From Chitinophagales bacterium (GTDB lineage Bacteria > Bacteroidota > Bacteroidia > Chitinophagales > UBA2359): a stretch of DNA of 60,579 bases. A program made the translations under genes and the position numbers. The notes beneath the pieces are model-generated. The model saw only the letters and a program-made list of their open reading frames with translations. It searched no databases and was not told where the DNA came from. The stretch covers positions 1 to 60,579 of the forward strand of contig JAHDDV010000001.1 of NCBI GenBank assembly GCA_020629205.1, written 5' to 3'. Position 1 is the first letter of the stretch; every line of letters begins with the position of its first letter. Positions 44,064-54,741 of the stretch are shown piece by piece.

Positions 44064-47000
44064 ATGAAAAGACTATTATGTATCCTGTGGCTTGTCTTCT
44101 TCACTGCCAATCTATTCGGTCAGTATTACAACGAATGGATTTCAGAATCTGGGTATGACAAGACCTACTACAAGTTTCCGGTATATTCGGATGGGATTTA
44201 CCGAATTCCGTACAGCGCTCTAACTGCGGCTGGAGTGTCTGTAAACAATGCCTCAAACTTTAAGATTTATGCAAAAGGGGAACAAATTCCTGTCTACGTT
44301 AGTAATCCTACCAGCTTTGGTTCGGGTGATTATGTGGAATTTGTAGGGCAACAGAATGATGGAGAAATGGATACTCCACTGTTCCCGGTTAACACCTGGC
44401 AATTGTCTGATGAGCGGACGCTCTTTTCTGACACACTTTACTACTTCCTTACTTGGGATAACAATGGCAACCAATCCCGGTACCAACAAGAGGTAAATGA
44501 TATTTCTAATCCACCAGCTCCGGAGCAGTACTTTATGCATCGGTCAATCAAATGGAATAGAAATGTTTATTACCCTGGAGTACCATTCCGATTTGCTGGT
44601 GTTAACAATTCCTACAGTGCTTTTGATAAAGCAGAAGGTTGGGTATCCGGTGTTATCAAGAGTTCCGGACAAAACACCCAAACGGCGTCAATAAGCACAC
44701 CGGCCTTCTATCAAGGACCTGGAGCACCTTCCCCAACTTTGGAATGCAAGGTGGTGGGACGATCCAATGAGTTTGCCTACTATCCGGATCATCATACACA
44801 GGTTTCAGTAGGTGGTACCGTTTATGTGGATGACACCTATGAAGGCTATGCTGTCAAGAATTACACTGCACAAATAGCTGCCAGTTCTATGAACACACTT
44901 CCGAATGAAAGGACAGAAGTGAAGTTTCTGGCTGTAGGAGATATCTATCCAGACGGAGATGACGACTTTTCAACAGCTTACTCCTTTATCACCTACCCAC
45001 GCGAATTTGATTTTGCAAATCAAAAAGGTTTCCAATTTACATTGGATAATGATGGAGACAAGTACATAGAAATTTCCAATTTCAATGGAGGATCTGCCCC
45101 AGTACTCTATGATATGACAAATAACAAGCGTTACACACCGAGCTCTATCGGTGGGGTCTACAAGATTCGAGTCAAGTCCAATCCTGCCAATGGACCCAAA
45201 ATGGAATTGTTCTTTGGTTCGACAGACAACTTTGGAAACGCATTCTATGTAGAAGTTCCTGCTTTGCAATCGCAGCAGTTTGTTGATCTAAATCAGATCA
45301 ACAATCAAGGAAATTATGTTATGATCTATCATTCTAAGATCAACCAGTTCAGCAATGGGGTATATCCTGTGGATGCATATGAAAGTTATCGTTCATCCGC
45401 TGATGGCGGAGGCTATGTTACTCAGGCATTGGACATTGAAATGTTGTATGACATGTTTAGTTGGGGGGTACGAAAGCACCCGCTCGCCATTCGTAACTTT
45501 GCCAACTTTGCCATGGACAATTGGAACATCACGCCAGAATTCTTGTTCTTGATTGGAAAGTCGGTTAATTACAAGTCATGTTTGTTTAGCTCCACGATTT
45601 CTGCTCAAAATCTAGTGCCCTCTTTCGGTAATCCAGCAGCAGACCCTTTGCTCACTTCTACCAATAATGTGAGTTATAGACCACAGATAGCAACAGGAAG
45701 AATCAGTGCGAACACGCCGGCAGACCTCAAAAACTATTTGGATAAGGTGATAGAGCACGAATCCTGGACAAATGTTACCTACTGTGATGATCTGGCAAAG
45801 CGTGATTGTGCCAGAAACTCCATACACTTATCCGGTGCCTACAATCAGGATTACGACGATGATGGTGTTTCGGATCAAGCCGAAGGATTCTTGAACTTAT
45901 TAGGTGAATGGGGCGAATATATCGAAAATGATGTCTACCGAGGAGAAGTTCTGGAAACCTACAGCTATGTAAGTCAGGTCTATCCTAATGGAGCACCTGG
46001 TTCTTATCCAAGTTCAGCAGACTTTCAGCAGTTCAAAGATCACCTGGAAGAAGGGGTAGGTATTATTAACTTCCTCGGTCACGCCGACAATGATGATTAC
46101 ACTACATGGTCATGGAGCAGCGGCTGGAATTTCAACCCTTCTAGCTTTGATGTAGGAAAGTATCCAATGATATTTTCTGGCTCCTGTTTTGTCGGCAACA
46201 TCCACGTAGATGTTTCGTCTCCCTCCATGGCAGAGCTTTGGACCTTGACTCCCAATCGCGGGGCAATTGGTTTTCTGGCTGGTGTAAACTTTGGTTTTCC
46301 TGAGTACCTTTCAAATTATGTATCAGCTGTTCACTCAAACTTTGCCGGTGACCTTTATGGTGAACCGATTGGAACCTGCATCATGGAGGCCATTGATGAT
46401 ATCTATGTTTCCTCTGCTGTTGATAGTACAACTATTTACTATCAGGGGATGAGAAAAACAATCGAGGAATTTACCTGGTCAGGTGATCCGGCAGTCAGTT
46501 TGATTTCCTACGATAACCCAGAATATTATTTTGCCAATGGTGACAACAGCGTGACTTTTTCTCCAGACCCGATTACAGAAGGCACAACTGAATTGACAGT
46601 TTTCGTAAGCGTGAGTAACGCCGGTAATGTGGATTTTACACCACTACCAATCACCATCACAGCAAATGGTCAAACAGTGGTAAACGTTGCTGAAGCGAAT
46701 CCGCCGACAGGCACTTCGCTGTACACTTACACAATCGATCTAGCTGACCTCACTCCAGGTAACAACACATTTACGGTGACGGTCAATGGAGCAGGTACGA
46801 TCACAGAGGATTGCCCAGACAACAATCAAGCATCAAGAACAATCAATATTCCAGCTGTTGGGAATTGTGGTAATTTCCAAATTGCAAATACACAAACAAC
46901 TTTCTGTTCCTCTGACGCTCCAGTTACTTTGACAGGGACTGGTGATAGCGGTACCTTTTATGTAAACGGTACACCCACTTCTACATTTAATCCTGCCGCT

Positions 47001-50000
47001 GGGCCTGGAACATACAACATTCAATATGTAGGTACCATAACAGGCACCTCTTGTGAATCTTCAAGCACCTGGACAGTGACTGCTGCTCCAGCAGGAGGAA
47101 GCTTGACTGCCCAACAAAATACTGTTTGTCTGGACAATCCTGAAGTAACCTTTACTTATGCAGGCATCCAGGCTACTGGCTACAATTATTCCTGGGACTT
47201 TGGTGCGGGTGCAAATCCACCTACAGCCGTTGGGCCTGGTCCGCAAACAGTCACATACGCGACTGCAGGAAGCAAAGTTGCTTCCTTGACAGTGAGCCAT
47301 CCTGAATGCGGATCTGCAACCTCACAGTATTCAGTAACTGTTTACGATGCAATCACCCCACCAGTAGTAAACTGTGGTACTGCGACAGCTAACTCAGTTA
47401 CCGTCGATTGGAACGATAATCCAAATGTTCAAAGCTATCTGGTTTCCTACAACGGGACACAGAATTTTAGCAGTGATAATTCCTTTTCCATACCCGGCCT
47501 GACACCAGGCGAACAAGTATCCTTCACAGTAGAAGCAATTGGTCTGGGTAATTGCGGATCTGCAGTATCAAACACGATCTTTTGTACAGCATCGGATTGT
47601 CCGGATTTAGGCGTGACATTCAACGGAATTGCTGACAATCAGGTCTTTTGTGCAAACTCTGGTCCGGTTACTCTATCTGGCTTTCCTTCTAATGGATCAT
47701 TCTCTGGCTCCGGTGTTGCGGGAAGCACTTTCGATCCGCAAGGTTTGGCTCCAGGTGCATATACCTTGAGTTATGCAGTGGATAGTGGTGGAGACTGCCC
47801 AGTACAGACTAAAAATGTCGTTGTGGTGGTATCGGGAGGTACGACCCCTACAATCGTTCCTTCAAATGGATCGGGCACGCTCTGTTCAGATGAGGAGATT
47901 ACCTTGTCTGTGCTTGGTGACTTCAGTTCCTACGGATGGGTTGGTGGGCCTTCTACTCCTGAGTTTGTAGTGACTGAGGCAGGTACATACACAGTAAATA
48001 CTGTTGATCTGGACGGATGTCCATCTTCCAATAGTTACACAGTTGTTCCCTACGAGGTGGTAGGAAGCATAGTTTCAAATCAAAGCGATTTTGCAATCTG
48101 TCCTGGTGAATCTATTCAGCTCTCTGTGAGTACTGACCCCGGTAACCAGATTCTTTGGTCAAACGAAGATCCCAATGCTACCATCATTGTAGACGCAGTG
48201 GGAGAGTACAGTGCTACAATTACAGCACCGAATGGCTGCGAGAGGGAGGTTTCTGTAAATGTGGTAGAAGGAGCGATCGACCCACCAACTTTTAGCACAA
48301 GTACAGGAGGGAACCAGATTTGTCAGGGACAAAGCCTCACACTATTTGGTCCACAAGGCTATGCTTCTTACTCCTGGACCTTAGGAGGTCAGATATTGCA
48401 AGTGCCTCTCGGGCAGAGCTTTATCGAAATCAACCCTGACCTAATTGCCGGTAGTACATATGAAGATCTGGCAGGCGCCTACCAGTTGACCGTAATCAGT
48501 AATGGTGGCTGTAGCAACAATGCCAGTTTCGATATCTCCTTGATAGATTTGGTGCCACCTACAATAGATGGATCACTGTCTGTTTGTCAGGGGGCCAGTA
48601 CAACCTTGACAGCTCAAGGAGACTACAGTGAATACATTTGGTACAATGATGCCGGAATCGCACAACAAGTTGGTCCCTCTTGGACACCATCTCAACCTGG
48701 CGAGTGGTTGCTTTGCGGAACCAATGCCCTGGGATGTACAGAATGTCTAAACTTTGAAATTTACGGTGGAGGGGCTCCTCCCGTGGTCGAAGGTGTCCTG
48801 TCAGTCTGTGGTAACTCAGCAACAACCCTGACAGCATCGGGTGACTATGAGGCCTACACTTGGGTAGATAGCAATGGTGCTGAAATCGGTACAGGAGCAA
48901 CAGTTTCAATTAGCGAATCAGGCACCTACAGTGTCTTTGGAACTACCTCAGCTTCTGATTGCGAAGGCCAGGAAACCTTTGTAGTAGGGACTGGTGTAGC
49001 GGCTTCTAGCCCAACGATCTCAGGACAAAACGAAATTTGCCCATCTGGAAGCACCATATTACAAGCCTCTGGTGATTTTGTGGAAGCAAACTATATCTGG
49101 TACTTAGGCAACGAATCTGTAGCCACTGGCACCAGCAGTTACGAAGCAACTACAGCAGGTACCTATTCAGTTATTGGAAGCGATACACAAGGCTGTCAGG
49201 GAACTTCTCAGGTATTTGAAGTGACTGTGCAGCAGCTCTTTAGTCCAATTCTGGCAGGTAGCCCGGTAGTCTGCGCAGGAGGCTCTACGACGCTCACTGC
49301 ACAAGGAGACTTTGCCAGCTACAAGTGGTTGGATGCGGAAGGATTAGTGATCTCTGTGGATCCCTCCTTTAGTACAAGTGATCCAGGCGAATACAGTCTG
49401 GTTGGGGTCAGTGAAATTGGCTGTGAAAGCTCTGTACCAGTTAGCATCCAAAGTGGAGGAACTGTACCTGAAGTTTCCGGCGATACCCAATTGTGTGAAG
49501 GTGCAAGCAGCACTGTCTTGTCCGTCCAGACTGAGTTCCAAATTGTGAACTGGCTAGATGACACTGGCTTCAATGTCGGTACTGGACCACAGGTTGCCAT
49601 TGCCAATGCGGGTGATTACACTGTTTCTGCTACAGACCAGTTTGGTTGTACTGAGGTGACTGCCTTTAGTGTGAGCTTTGACACTGCTCCGATTCCGTCA
49701 GTTGAAGGAATATCTGAGATCTGTGAAGGAACAAGTCTCGAATTGACAGCTGCTGGTCCATACTCGCAGTGGACTTGGACGAACGCAGCTGGCGAGGAAC
49801 TGGGCACCAACGAAACATTGAGTGTTTCTGCTGCTGGAACCTACACCATTACCGGTATGACGGATGCAGATTGCATGGGCGAAAATACAATTGAAATTGG
49901 GACTGGTACACTTGATGAACCGGCTATTGATGGCGCTCTAAGCATATGCGAAGGTTCGACAACCACGCTTTCTGGTCCTGAAGGACTGGCTTGTACCTGG

Positions 50001-52469
50001 TACAAAGATGGAGAAATTGTATCAGTTGAGAACTCCGTAGAGCTGGGTGAGCAAGGTGATTATACACTGATCTGTACAGATGCCATCGGCTGTCAAGGGG
50101 AAAGTAACTTCTCCATTGCGGTAGGTCAATTGCCAGAACCAGAATTGAACGGTGCACTTTCCTTCTGCGAAAATGGAAGTACCACGCTTTCTGGTCCTGA
50201 AGGACTAAACTGTACCTGGCTGCTTGATGGTGAAGTGATTGCTGAAGGATCGGAGATTACCATTACAGAAGCCGGTGACTATGAACTTATCTGTGAAGAT
50301 GAATCTGGTTGTCAGGGTATGAGCGAGTTTACCGTCTCGGTAGGTGAGTTGCCAGAACCCATAATCAATGGTGCACTTGTCTTCTGTCCAGAAGGTAGCA
50401 CCACACTAACCGGTCCCGAAGCATTGAGCTGCACCTGGTTCTATGAAGGAGAGGAAATTGGAACTGGCTCTGAGATAATTGTCACCGAAGCGGGTGAATA
50501 CGAACTTGTTTGCGAAGATGATGAAGGATGTGGCTCAAGTAAGATTTTTGAAGTGGAAATCGAAGATGTTGCAGCACCTGTGGTTGAAGGGACCTTGCAA
50601 GTATGTGCAGATGCTCCGACCACAGTTTCAACGACTGATGAAGGCACATGCAGCTGGTTCCAGGATGGCGAGCTAATCGGTGATGCAAATGAAATTACAA
50701 TTGAAGAGGTAGGACAATATACTTTGGTTTGTCAAACGGAAGTTGGTTGCGAATCAAGTTCAGACTTTGTGATAACTCCTGGCACTACGGATGTAGAACC
50801 ACTTATAGACGGAATTACAAATGTCTGTGGTGAAGAGTCCGTGACCCTGACTGCTGTAGGGACTGAGTTCCTTAGCTTTACATGGGCTCCTGCGGATACG
50901 GGAGTTCCTTTTAGTGAAGAGGAGGTAGTGGAAATTACTGAAAGCGGAGATTATATACTATCGGGTATCGATGCGGCAGGATGTTCCGGCTCGTTGATCT
51001 TTGATGTGAATATCAACGATGTTCCAAACCTGGGCTACCAGGGCATTTCCGCAATCTGTAACGGTTCAACAACCGTACTGGAAGGAACTGGCGACAATTT
51101 GGCCAGCTTCGGATGGTACAACCTGGAAGGAGATCTGATTTCAGAGCAGCTGGAATTGGAAGTGTCTAATCCTGGATTCTATACATTCGCAGGAATGAGC
51201 GAAGAAGGATGTGACTCTGAAATTGAAGTTGAGGTTGTGGAGGTTGAGCTACCTGCTCCGACAATTTCTGGTCCTACAGTGCTTTGCCCCGGTGAAGAAA
51301 TTGAAATCGCTGTTGAAGGTCAATATGTCTCCTACGTTTGGAGCACAGATGGAGGAACACAGGGTACAGATGCAGCATTGACAATCTCTGCTGTAGGGAC
51401 ATACAGCGTCTTGGTAGAAACAGAAGATGGCTGTACGAGCAGCAATGTAATCGAAATAGAAGTAGACGCAGCAGCTAGCCCGATTTCAGTAATTAGCAAT
51501 GAAGCAGTTAGTGTTTGTCTGGGCGAAAGTGTAAGCTTCACAAATGAAAGCGAGAATGGAGCTGGTTTCATGTGGACATTTATCAATAATGACACTGGAA
51601 CAGAAGTAACTTCCGAGGACGCTGCTCCTGAATTGGTGTTTGAAGAAGAAGGTGTTTGGGATGTTATTCTGGAAACTTTTGGATGCGGAACAACGAGCGA
51701 TGAGACAGGTGAAGTAAATCTGGTAACCGTGGCAGCAGCTCCAAGTCTGAGTATTGATGCAGATCAAAACAGCTATTGTGAAGGTGATGAAGTGGTACTC
51801 ACAGCGACAGGTGCCGACTCATATAGCTGGAATGGTGGTGGATTGACTGATGCTGCAGGAGAGCAAGTCACCGATATGCCAGGTGCAGGAACCTACACTT
51901 ATATTTTGACAGGATTTAAGGATGGTTGCTCTGCATCAGAGGAAGTGGAGTTAGACTTCTCAGCACTACCAGGTATTTCCATGATCCCTGATTCTACAAT
52001 ATGCCCTACGGAACCTCTTGAGCTTTTTGCCTCTGGAGGAATTGAGTACAGCTGGACGGGAGAAGGATTGGATGACCCTAACTCTTCAAATCCGATCGCT
52101 ACAATCAGCGAAGACACCACTTTTGAAGTGCTTGTAACTGATGAGAATGGTTGCAGCAAGACTGGTATGGTTACGATTACCGCAGATTTCTCCGTTTGTC
52201 CGGAAGAGGAAATTAAGAATGTGATTACCCCGAATGGTGATGGAAAGAACGATACCTGGGTCTTGGATTTCATTGATGCATACCAAGGCAATGAGGTAAA
52301 GATCTTCAATCGCTGGGGGCAACTGGTCTACGAATCCCGTGACTATGCTAATAACTGGGACGGATCAAATATGGATGGGGATGCCTTACCACATGCGACT
52401 TACTACTACATCGTAGATAAGAATGATGGAAGTGAGCCACTAACCGGTAATGTTACCATTCTTAAATAG
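44064..52469 (+). CDS. Giant (2801 aa) T9SS type-B cargo: gingipain/C25-like peptidase domain + Ig-like module array + CHU_C CTD
   Basis: It has a signal peptide and a PorU/C25-like N-terminus (YYKFPVYSDGIYRIPYSAL). The candidate dyad is His673 (FLGHAD, nt 46080-46082) and Cys708 (FSGSCFVGN, nt 46185-46187). About 19 C..G.S..L.A.G....Y.W...GC modules follow. The C-terminus reads ITPNGDGKNDTW...FNRWGQLVY...WDG. Confidence 0.85.
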   Translation: MKRLLCILWLVFFTANLFGQYYNEWISESGYDKTYYKFPVYSDGIYRIPYSALTAAGVSVNNASNFKIYAKGEQIPVYVSNPTSFGSGDYVEFVGQQNDGEMDTPLFPVNTWQLSDERTLFSDTLYYFLTWDNNGNQSRYQQEVNDISNPPAPEQYFMHRSIKWNRNVYYPGVPFRFAGVNNSYSAFDKAEGWVSGVIKSSGQNTQTASISTPAFYQGPGAPSPTLECKVVGRSNEFAYYPDHHTQVSVGGTVYVDDTYEGYAVKNYTAQIAASSMNTLPNERTEVKFLAVGDIYPDGDDDFSTAYSFITYPREFDFANQKGFQFTLDNDGDKYIEISNFNGGSAPVLYDMTNNKRYTPSSIGGVYKIRVKSNPANGPKMELFFGSTDNFGNAFYVEVPALQSQQFVDLNQINNQGNYVMIYHSKINQFSNGVYPVDAYESYRSSADGGGYVTQALDIEMLYDMFSWGVRKHPLAIRNFANFAMDNWNITPEFLFLIGKSVNYKSCLFSSTISAQNLVPSFGNPAADPLLTSTNNVSYRPQIATGRISANTPADLKNYLDKVIEHESWTNVTYCDDLAKRDCARNSIHLSGAYNQDYDDDGVSDQAEGFLNLLGEWGEYIENDVYRGEVLETYSYVSQVYPNGAPGSYPSSADFQQFKDHLEEGVGIINFLGHADNDDYTTWSWSSGWNFNPSSFDVGKYPMIFSGSCFVGNIHVDVSSPSMAELWTLTPNRGAIGFLAGVNFGFPEYLSNYVSAVHSNFAGDLYGEPIGTCIMEAIDDIYVSSAVDSTTIYYQGMRKTIEEFTWSGDPAVSLISYDNPEYYFANGDNSVTFSPDPITEGTTELTVFVSVSNAGNVDFTPLPITITANGQTVVNVAEANPPTGTSLYTYTIDLADLTPGNNTFTVTVNGAGTITEDCPDNNQASRTINIPAVGNCGNFQIANTQTTFCSSDAPVTLTGTGDSGTFYVNGTPTSTFNPAAGPGTYNIQYVGTITGTSCESSSTWTVTAAPAGGSLTAQQNTVCLDNPEVTFTYAGIQATGYNYSWDFGAGANPPTAVGPGPQTVTYATAGSKVASLTVSHPECGSATSQYSVTVYDAITPPVVNCGTATANSVTVDWNDNPNVQSYLVSYNGTQNFSSDNSFSIPGLTPGEQVSFTVEAIGLGNCGSAVSNTIFCTASDCPDLGVTFNGIADNQVFCANSGPVTLSGFPSNGSFSGSGVAGSTFDPQGLAPGAYTLSYAVDSGGDCPVQTKNVVVVVSGGTTPTIVPSNGSGTLCSDEEITLSVLGDFSSYGWVGGPSTPEFVVTEAGTYTVNTVDLDGCPSSNSYTVVPYEVVGSIVSNQSDFAICPGESIQLSVSTDPGNQILWSNEDPNATIIVDAVGEYSATITAPNGCEREVSVNVVEGAIDPPTFSTSTGGNQICQGQSLTLFGPQGYASYSWTLGGQILQVPLGQSFIEINPDLIAGSTYEDLAGAYQLTVISNGGCSNNASFDISLIDLVPPTIDGSLSVCQGASTTLTAQGDYSEYIWYNDAGIAQQVGPSWTPSQPGEWLLCGTNALGCTECLNFEIYGGGAPPVVEGVLSVCGNSATTLTASGDYEAYTWVDSNGAEIGTGATVSISESGTYSVFGTTSASDCEGQETFVVGTGVAASSPTISGQNEICPSGSTILQASGDFVEANYIWYLGNESVATGTSSYEATTAGTYSVIGSDTQGCQGTSQVFEVTVQQLFSPILAGSPVVCAGGSTTLTAQGDFASYKWLDAEGLVISVDPSFSTSDPGEYSLVGVSEIGCESSVPVSIQSGGTVPEVSGDTQLCEGASSTVLSVQTEFQIVNWLDDTGFNVGTGPQVAIANAGDYTVSATDQFGCTEVTAFSVSFDTAPIPSVEGISEICEGTSLELTAAGPYSQWTWTNAAGEELGTNETLSVSAAGTYTITGMTDADCMGENTIEIGTGTLDEPAIDGALSICEGSTTTLSGPEGLACTWYKDGEIVSVENSVELGEQGDYTLICTDAIGCQGESNFSIAVGQLPEPELNGALSFCENGSTTLSGPEGLNCTWLLDGEVIAEGSEITITEAGDYELICEDESGCQGMSEFTVSVGELPEPIINGALVFCPEGSTTLTGPEALSCTWFYEGEEIGTGSEIIVTEAGEYELVCEDDEGCGSSKIFEVEIEDVAAPVVEGTLQVCADAPTTVSTTDEGTCSWFQDGELIGDANEITIEEVGQYTLVCQTEVGCESSSDFVITPGTTDVEPLIDGITNVCGEESVTLTAVGTEFLSFTWAPADTGVPFSEEEVVEITESGDYILSGIDAAGCSGSLIFDVNINDVPNLGYQGISAICNGSTTVLEGTGDNLASFGWYNLEGDLISEQLELEVSNPGFYTFAGMSEEGCDSEIEVEVVEVELPAPTISGPTVLCPGEEIEIAVEGQYVSYVWSTDGGTQGTDAALTISAVGTYSVLVETEDGCTSSNVIEIEVDAAASPISVISNEAVSVCLGESVSFTNESENGAGFMWTFINNDTGTEVTSEDAAPELVFEEEGVWDVILETFGCGTTSDETGEVNLVTVAAAPSLSIDADQNSYCEGDEVVLTATGADSYSWNGGGLTDAAGEQVTDMPGAGTYTYILTGFKDGCSASEEVELDFSALPGISMIPDSTICPTEPLELFASGGIEYSWTGEGLDDPNSSNPIATISEDTTFEVLVTDENGCSKTGMVTITADFSVCPEEEIKNVITPNGDGKNDTWVLDFIDAYQGNEVKIFNRWGQLVYESRDYANNWDGSNMDGDALPHATYYYIVDKNDGSEPLTGNVTILK

Positions 52470-52476
52470 AAGGAAA

Positions 52477-52505
52477 GGAAACTGAGGGCAATACCCTCAG
52501 TTTCC
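52477..52505 (+). terminator. Stem-loop between the giant gene and porP/sprF (weak terminator or attenuator)
   Basis: GGAAACTGAGGG-CAATA-CCCTCAGTTTCC is a perfect 12-bp stem. It is followed by CCTATTCTTT, which is only moderately T-rich. Confidence 0.45.
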
Positions 52506-52535
52506 CCTATTCTTTAATCACAAAGGAAAATTTCA

Positions 52536-53492
52536 ATGAAAAATATATTTATACTGACGCTTGCCCTTTGCATCTATGGTTTCGCGAATGGACAGCAGAT
52601 ACACCAGCTTACACAGTATTCGATGAATGACTTTGTTTACAATCCAGCAGTTGCAGGTAGTAACGATTTGATCGAAGCCAAACTGAACTTACGCAAGCAG
52701 TGGGTAGGATTTGATGATGGTGATTCACCTTTTACGCAATTTATTTCTGCACACAGCCGACTGCCCCAGTTTGAGAACGTAGGAGTAGGGGCGATCTTTT
52801 ACAATGATCAAACCGGGCCAACAGCAAGGTCAGGCCTGAAATTGGTCTATGCCTACCAGTTACCTCTAGATGAAGGAAGAGAGAATGTTCTTTCACTAGG
52901 TATAGGTGCCACCGTGATGCAGCAAAGAGTAAACTTCTCTGACTTAGACCCTCGTGACATTGATGATGTTGTAGTCGGTTCTGGCAAGGCTTCCAAGATG
53001 GGTTTCGATGCTGACTTTGGAGCCTACCTCTACGGCGAAGATTACTACCTTGGCGCCTCAGTAAATCAGCTATTGGCCACCAAATTCAAGATTGAAGATG
53101 CAGAATCATTGGAAAATAGTCGTCACTTATTCCTCTCTGCCGGTTACAACTTTGATCTAAGTGAAGAATTTGCCATCGAACCTATGGTTTTTGCCAAAAT
53201 GGTCAGTGGTGCAGATGCACAATTTGATTTTGGAGCTAGAGGTATCTACGAGGATGCTTATTGGTTGGGTTTAAATTATAGAACCTCTGATGCCATATCT
53301 ATATTGGCAGGAGTAACATTCGATGACATGTATCACCTGGCTTACTCCTATGATATCACAACCTCAGAAATCAAAGACTTTAGCACTGGTTCGCACGAAC
53401 TAAGCTTCGGTATCGACTTTGACTGGGGCTATAGTTACGGCAGTGATCGCGAATACGATGCTGCAGAACCTGATGATCCACTGGAGAACTAG
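52536..53492 (+). CDS. PorP/SprF family type IX secretion system membrane protein
   Basis: 318 aa. The signal peptide is followed by QQIHQLTQYSMNDFVYNPAVAGS, the family's N-terminal signature. It lies immediately downstream of a type-B CTD protein. Confidence 0.88.
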   Translation: MKNIFILTLALCIYGFANGQQIHQLTQYSMNDFVYNPAVAGSNDLIEAKLNLRKQWVGFDDGDSPFTQFISAHSRLPQFENVGVGAIFYNDQTGPTARSGLKLVYAYQLPLDEGRENVLSLGIGATVMQQRVNFSDLDPRDIDDVVVGSGKASKMGFDADFGAYLYGEDYYLGASVNQLLATKFKIEDAESLENSRHLFLSAGYNFDLSEEFAIEPMVFAKMVSGADAQFDFGARGIYEDAYWLGLNYRTSDAISILAGVTFDDMYHLAYSYDITTSEIKDFSTGSHELSFGIDFDWGYSYGSDREYDAAEPDDPLEN

Positions 53493-53520
53493 GATTGATT
53501 TTCAATAGATAAACAGTTAA

Positions 53521-53562
53521 GATCGCCGAATCTCAAGCCGAGATTCGGCGATCCCTATTTTT
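53521..53562 (+). terminator. Rho-independent terminator after porP/sprF
   Basis: GATCGCCGAATCTC-AAGCC-GAGATTCGGCGATC is a perfect 14-bp stem, followed by CCTATTTTT. Confidence 0.8.
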
Positions 53563-53660
53563 GCCTTATCTGTTATCAATACCTGCAGGCACTGGTGCCC
53601 AGGGCACCAGAAGCTTGCAGAGGCAAATTTCTACGTACAAATTGCTACTTTTGTAAGGTT

Positions 53661-54737
53661 ATGAAAGGCATAATTAAGCACTTCCTGTTTTGCACAATAG
53701 CCATTCTGCTATGCACAATGCTGACAGCGCAGAACAGAAAAAGCAAACCCAAAGGCGTAAAGCAAAAGGCTCCTAAAATCCGCTACAAAAAGTACTCCGG
53801 TCGAGCTTTGCTCAAGACTGGTCTCAAGCTGGAAGGAGAATTCAAATACAAAGATCCCAAGAAAGGAGTCCCGTATTTTCTTGTAAAAGAGCGAAAGTAC
53901 CCAGGGAAAAAGAAGATCGACATCACAATGTTCGAAACGCTGGTACTGTCCGGTGCCGAAAAAGGGGTGACAGATAGAAAAGATTCCACCGTCTTTAAGT
54001 GGCTTGATGGCTATGATGATTTGTACCGTCAAGTAAGGTCTGCTGATATCGCTGTTTACGACAATTCCCGTGTAATTGCCGAAAAGTACAAGTATATTCC
54101 CGGTTATATCATGATTGCCGATCGGACTGATTTTAACACCACCATTATCAGCGAACTTAGCGACCTTACTCCATTGATGACAGACCGGCCTTACTTCATG
54201 GAGTCCGCCAAAGCCACAGGTAAACATGATAGCAGAGATTTGCGTGTCATCATTTATCTCATTGATCTCTTCAATGACAAGAATCCAATGAAGAATCTAA
54301 GGTGGAATCCTGTAGAAGTCATTCTGGAAAATGGTGAGATTCTGGAGGGCAAAGGCTATGTACAACCAGTAGATCTGAGGAATGAATTTACAAAGAACAG
54401 TGACGCCTTTCTACACTTTCATAATGGCAAGGACTTTCAGCTACTAACCCAGGAGCAGGTTAAGTGGATTTACCAATCCGGGAGCAAATACGTCCCTGGA
54501 TTCTACAGTATGACAGATAAACATGCCTTTGGCATCCCATGGGAGCACGATGGCGAGAAGTATTTGGTAGCCAAAAAGCTAACAAACACAAGATCCTACT
54601 ACTTTGTCAGCAGATATACCAGCGGCGAAGATTTGGTTATATTGCAAGAGTTTCATGGCTCATTTAAGCGCGCAGGAAATGAACCTTTACTAAAGGCAAA
54701 GTATTTGATGGAAATGAAGGAACAACAGAAAAAGTAA
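53661..54737 (+). CDS. Hypothetical secreted, Lys-rich protein
   Basis: I prefer the ATG at 53661 (MKGIIKHFLFCTIAILLCTMLTAQ signal peptide). The ORF track's start at 53595 is a GTG inside the terminator-proximal spacer. No family recognised. Confidence 0.6.
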   Translation: MKGIIKHFLFCTIAILLCTMLTAQNRKSKPKGVKQKAPKIRYKKYSGRALLKTGLKLEGEFKYKDPKKGVPYFLVKERKYPGKKKIDITMFETLVLSGAEKGVTDRKDSTVFKWLDGYDDLYRQVRSADIAVYDNSRVIAEKYKYIPGYIMIADRTDFNTTIISELSDLTPLMTDRPYFMESAKATGKHDSRDLRVIIYLIDLFNDKNPMKNLRWNPVEVILENGEILEGKGYVQPVDLRNEFTKNSDAFLHFHNGKDFQLLTQEQVKWIYQSGSKYVPGFYSMTDKHAFGIPWEHDGEKYLVAKKLTNTRSYYFVSRYTSGEDLVILQEFHGSFKRAGNEPLLKAKYLMEMKEQQKK

Positions 54738-54741
54738 ACAA

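Noticed and set aside
43910-44158. An 82-aa ORF overlapping the start of the C25-like giant gene.
   Set aside because: It overlaps the candidate promoter and the first 95 nt of a strongly supported CDS in another frame, and has no family resemblance.
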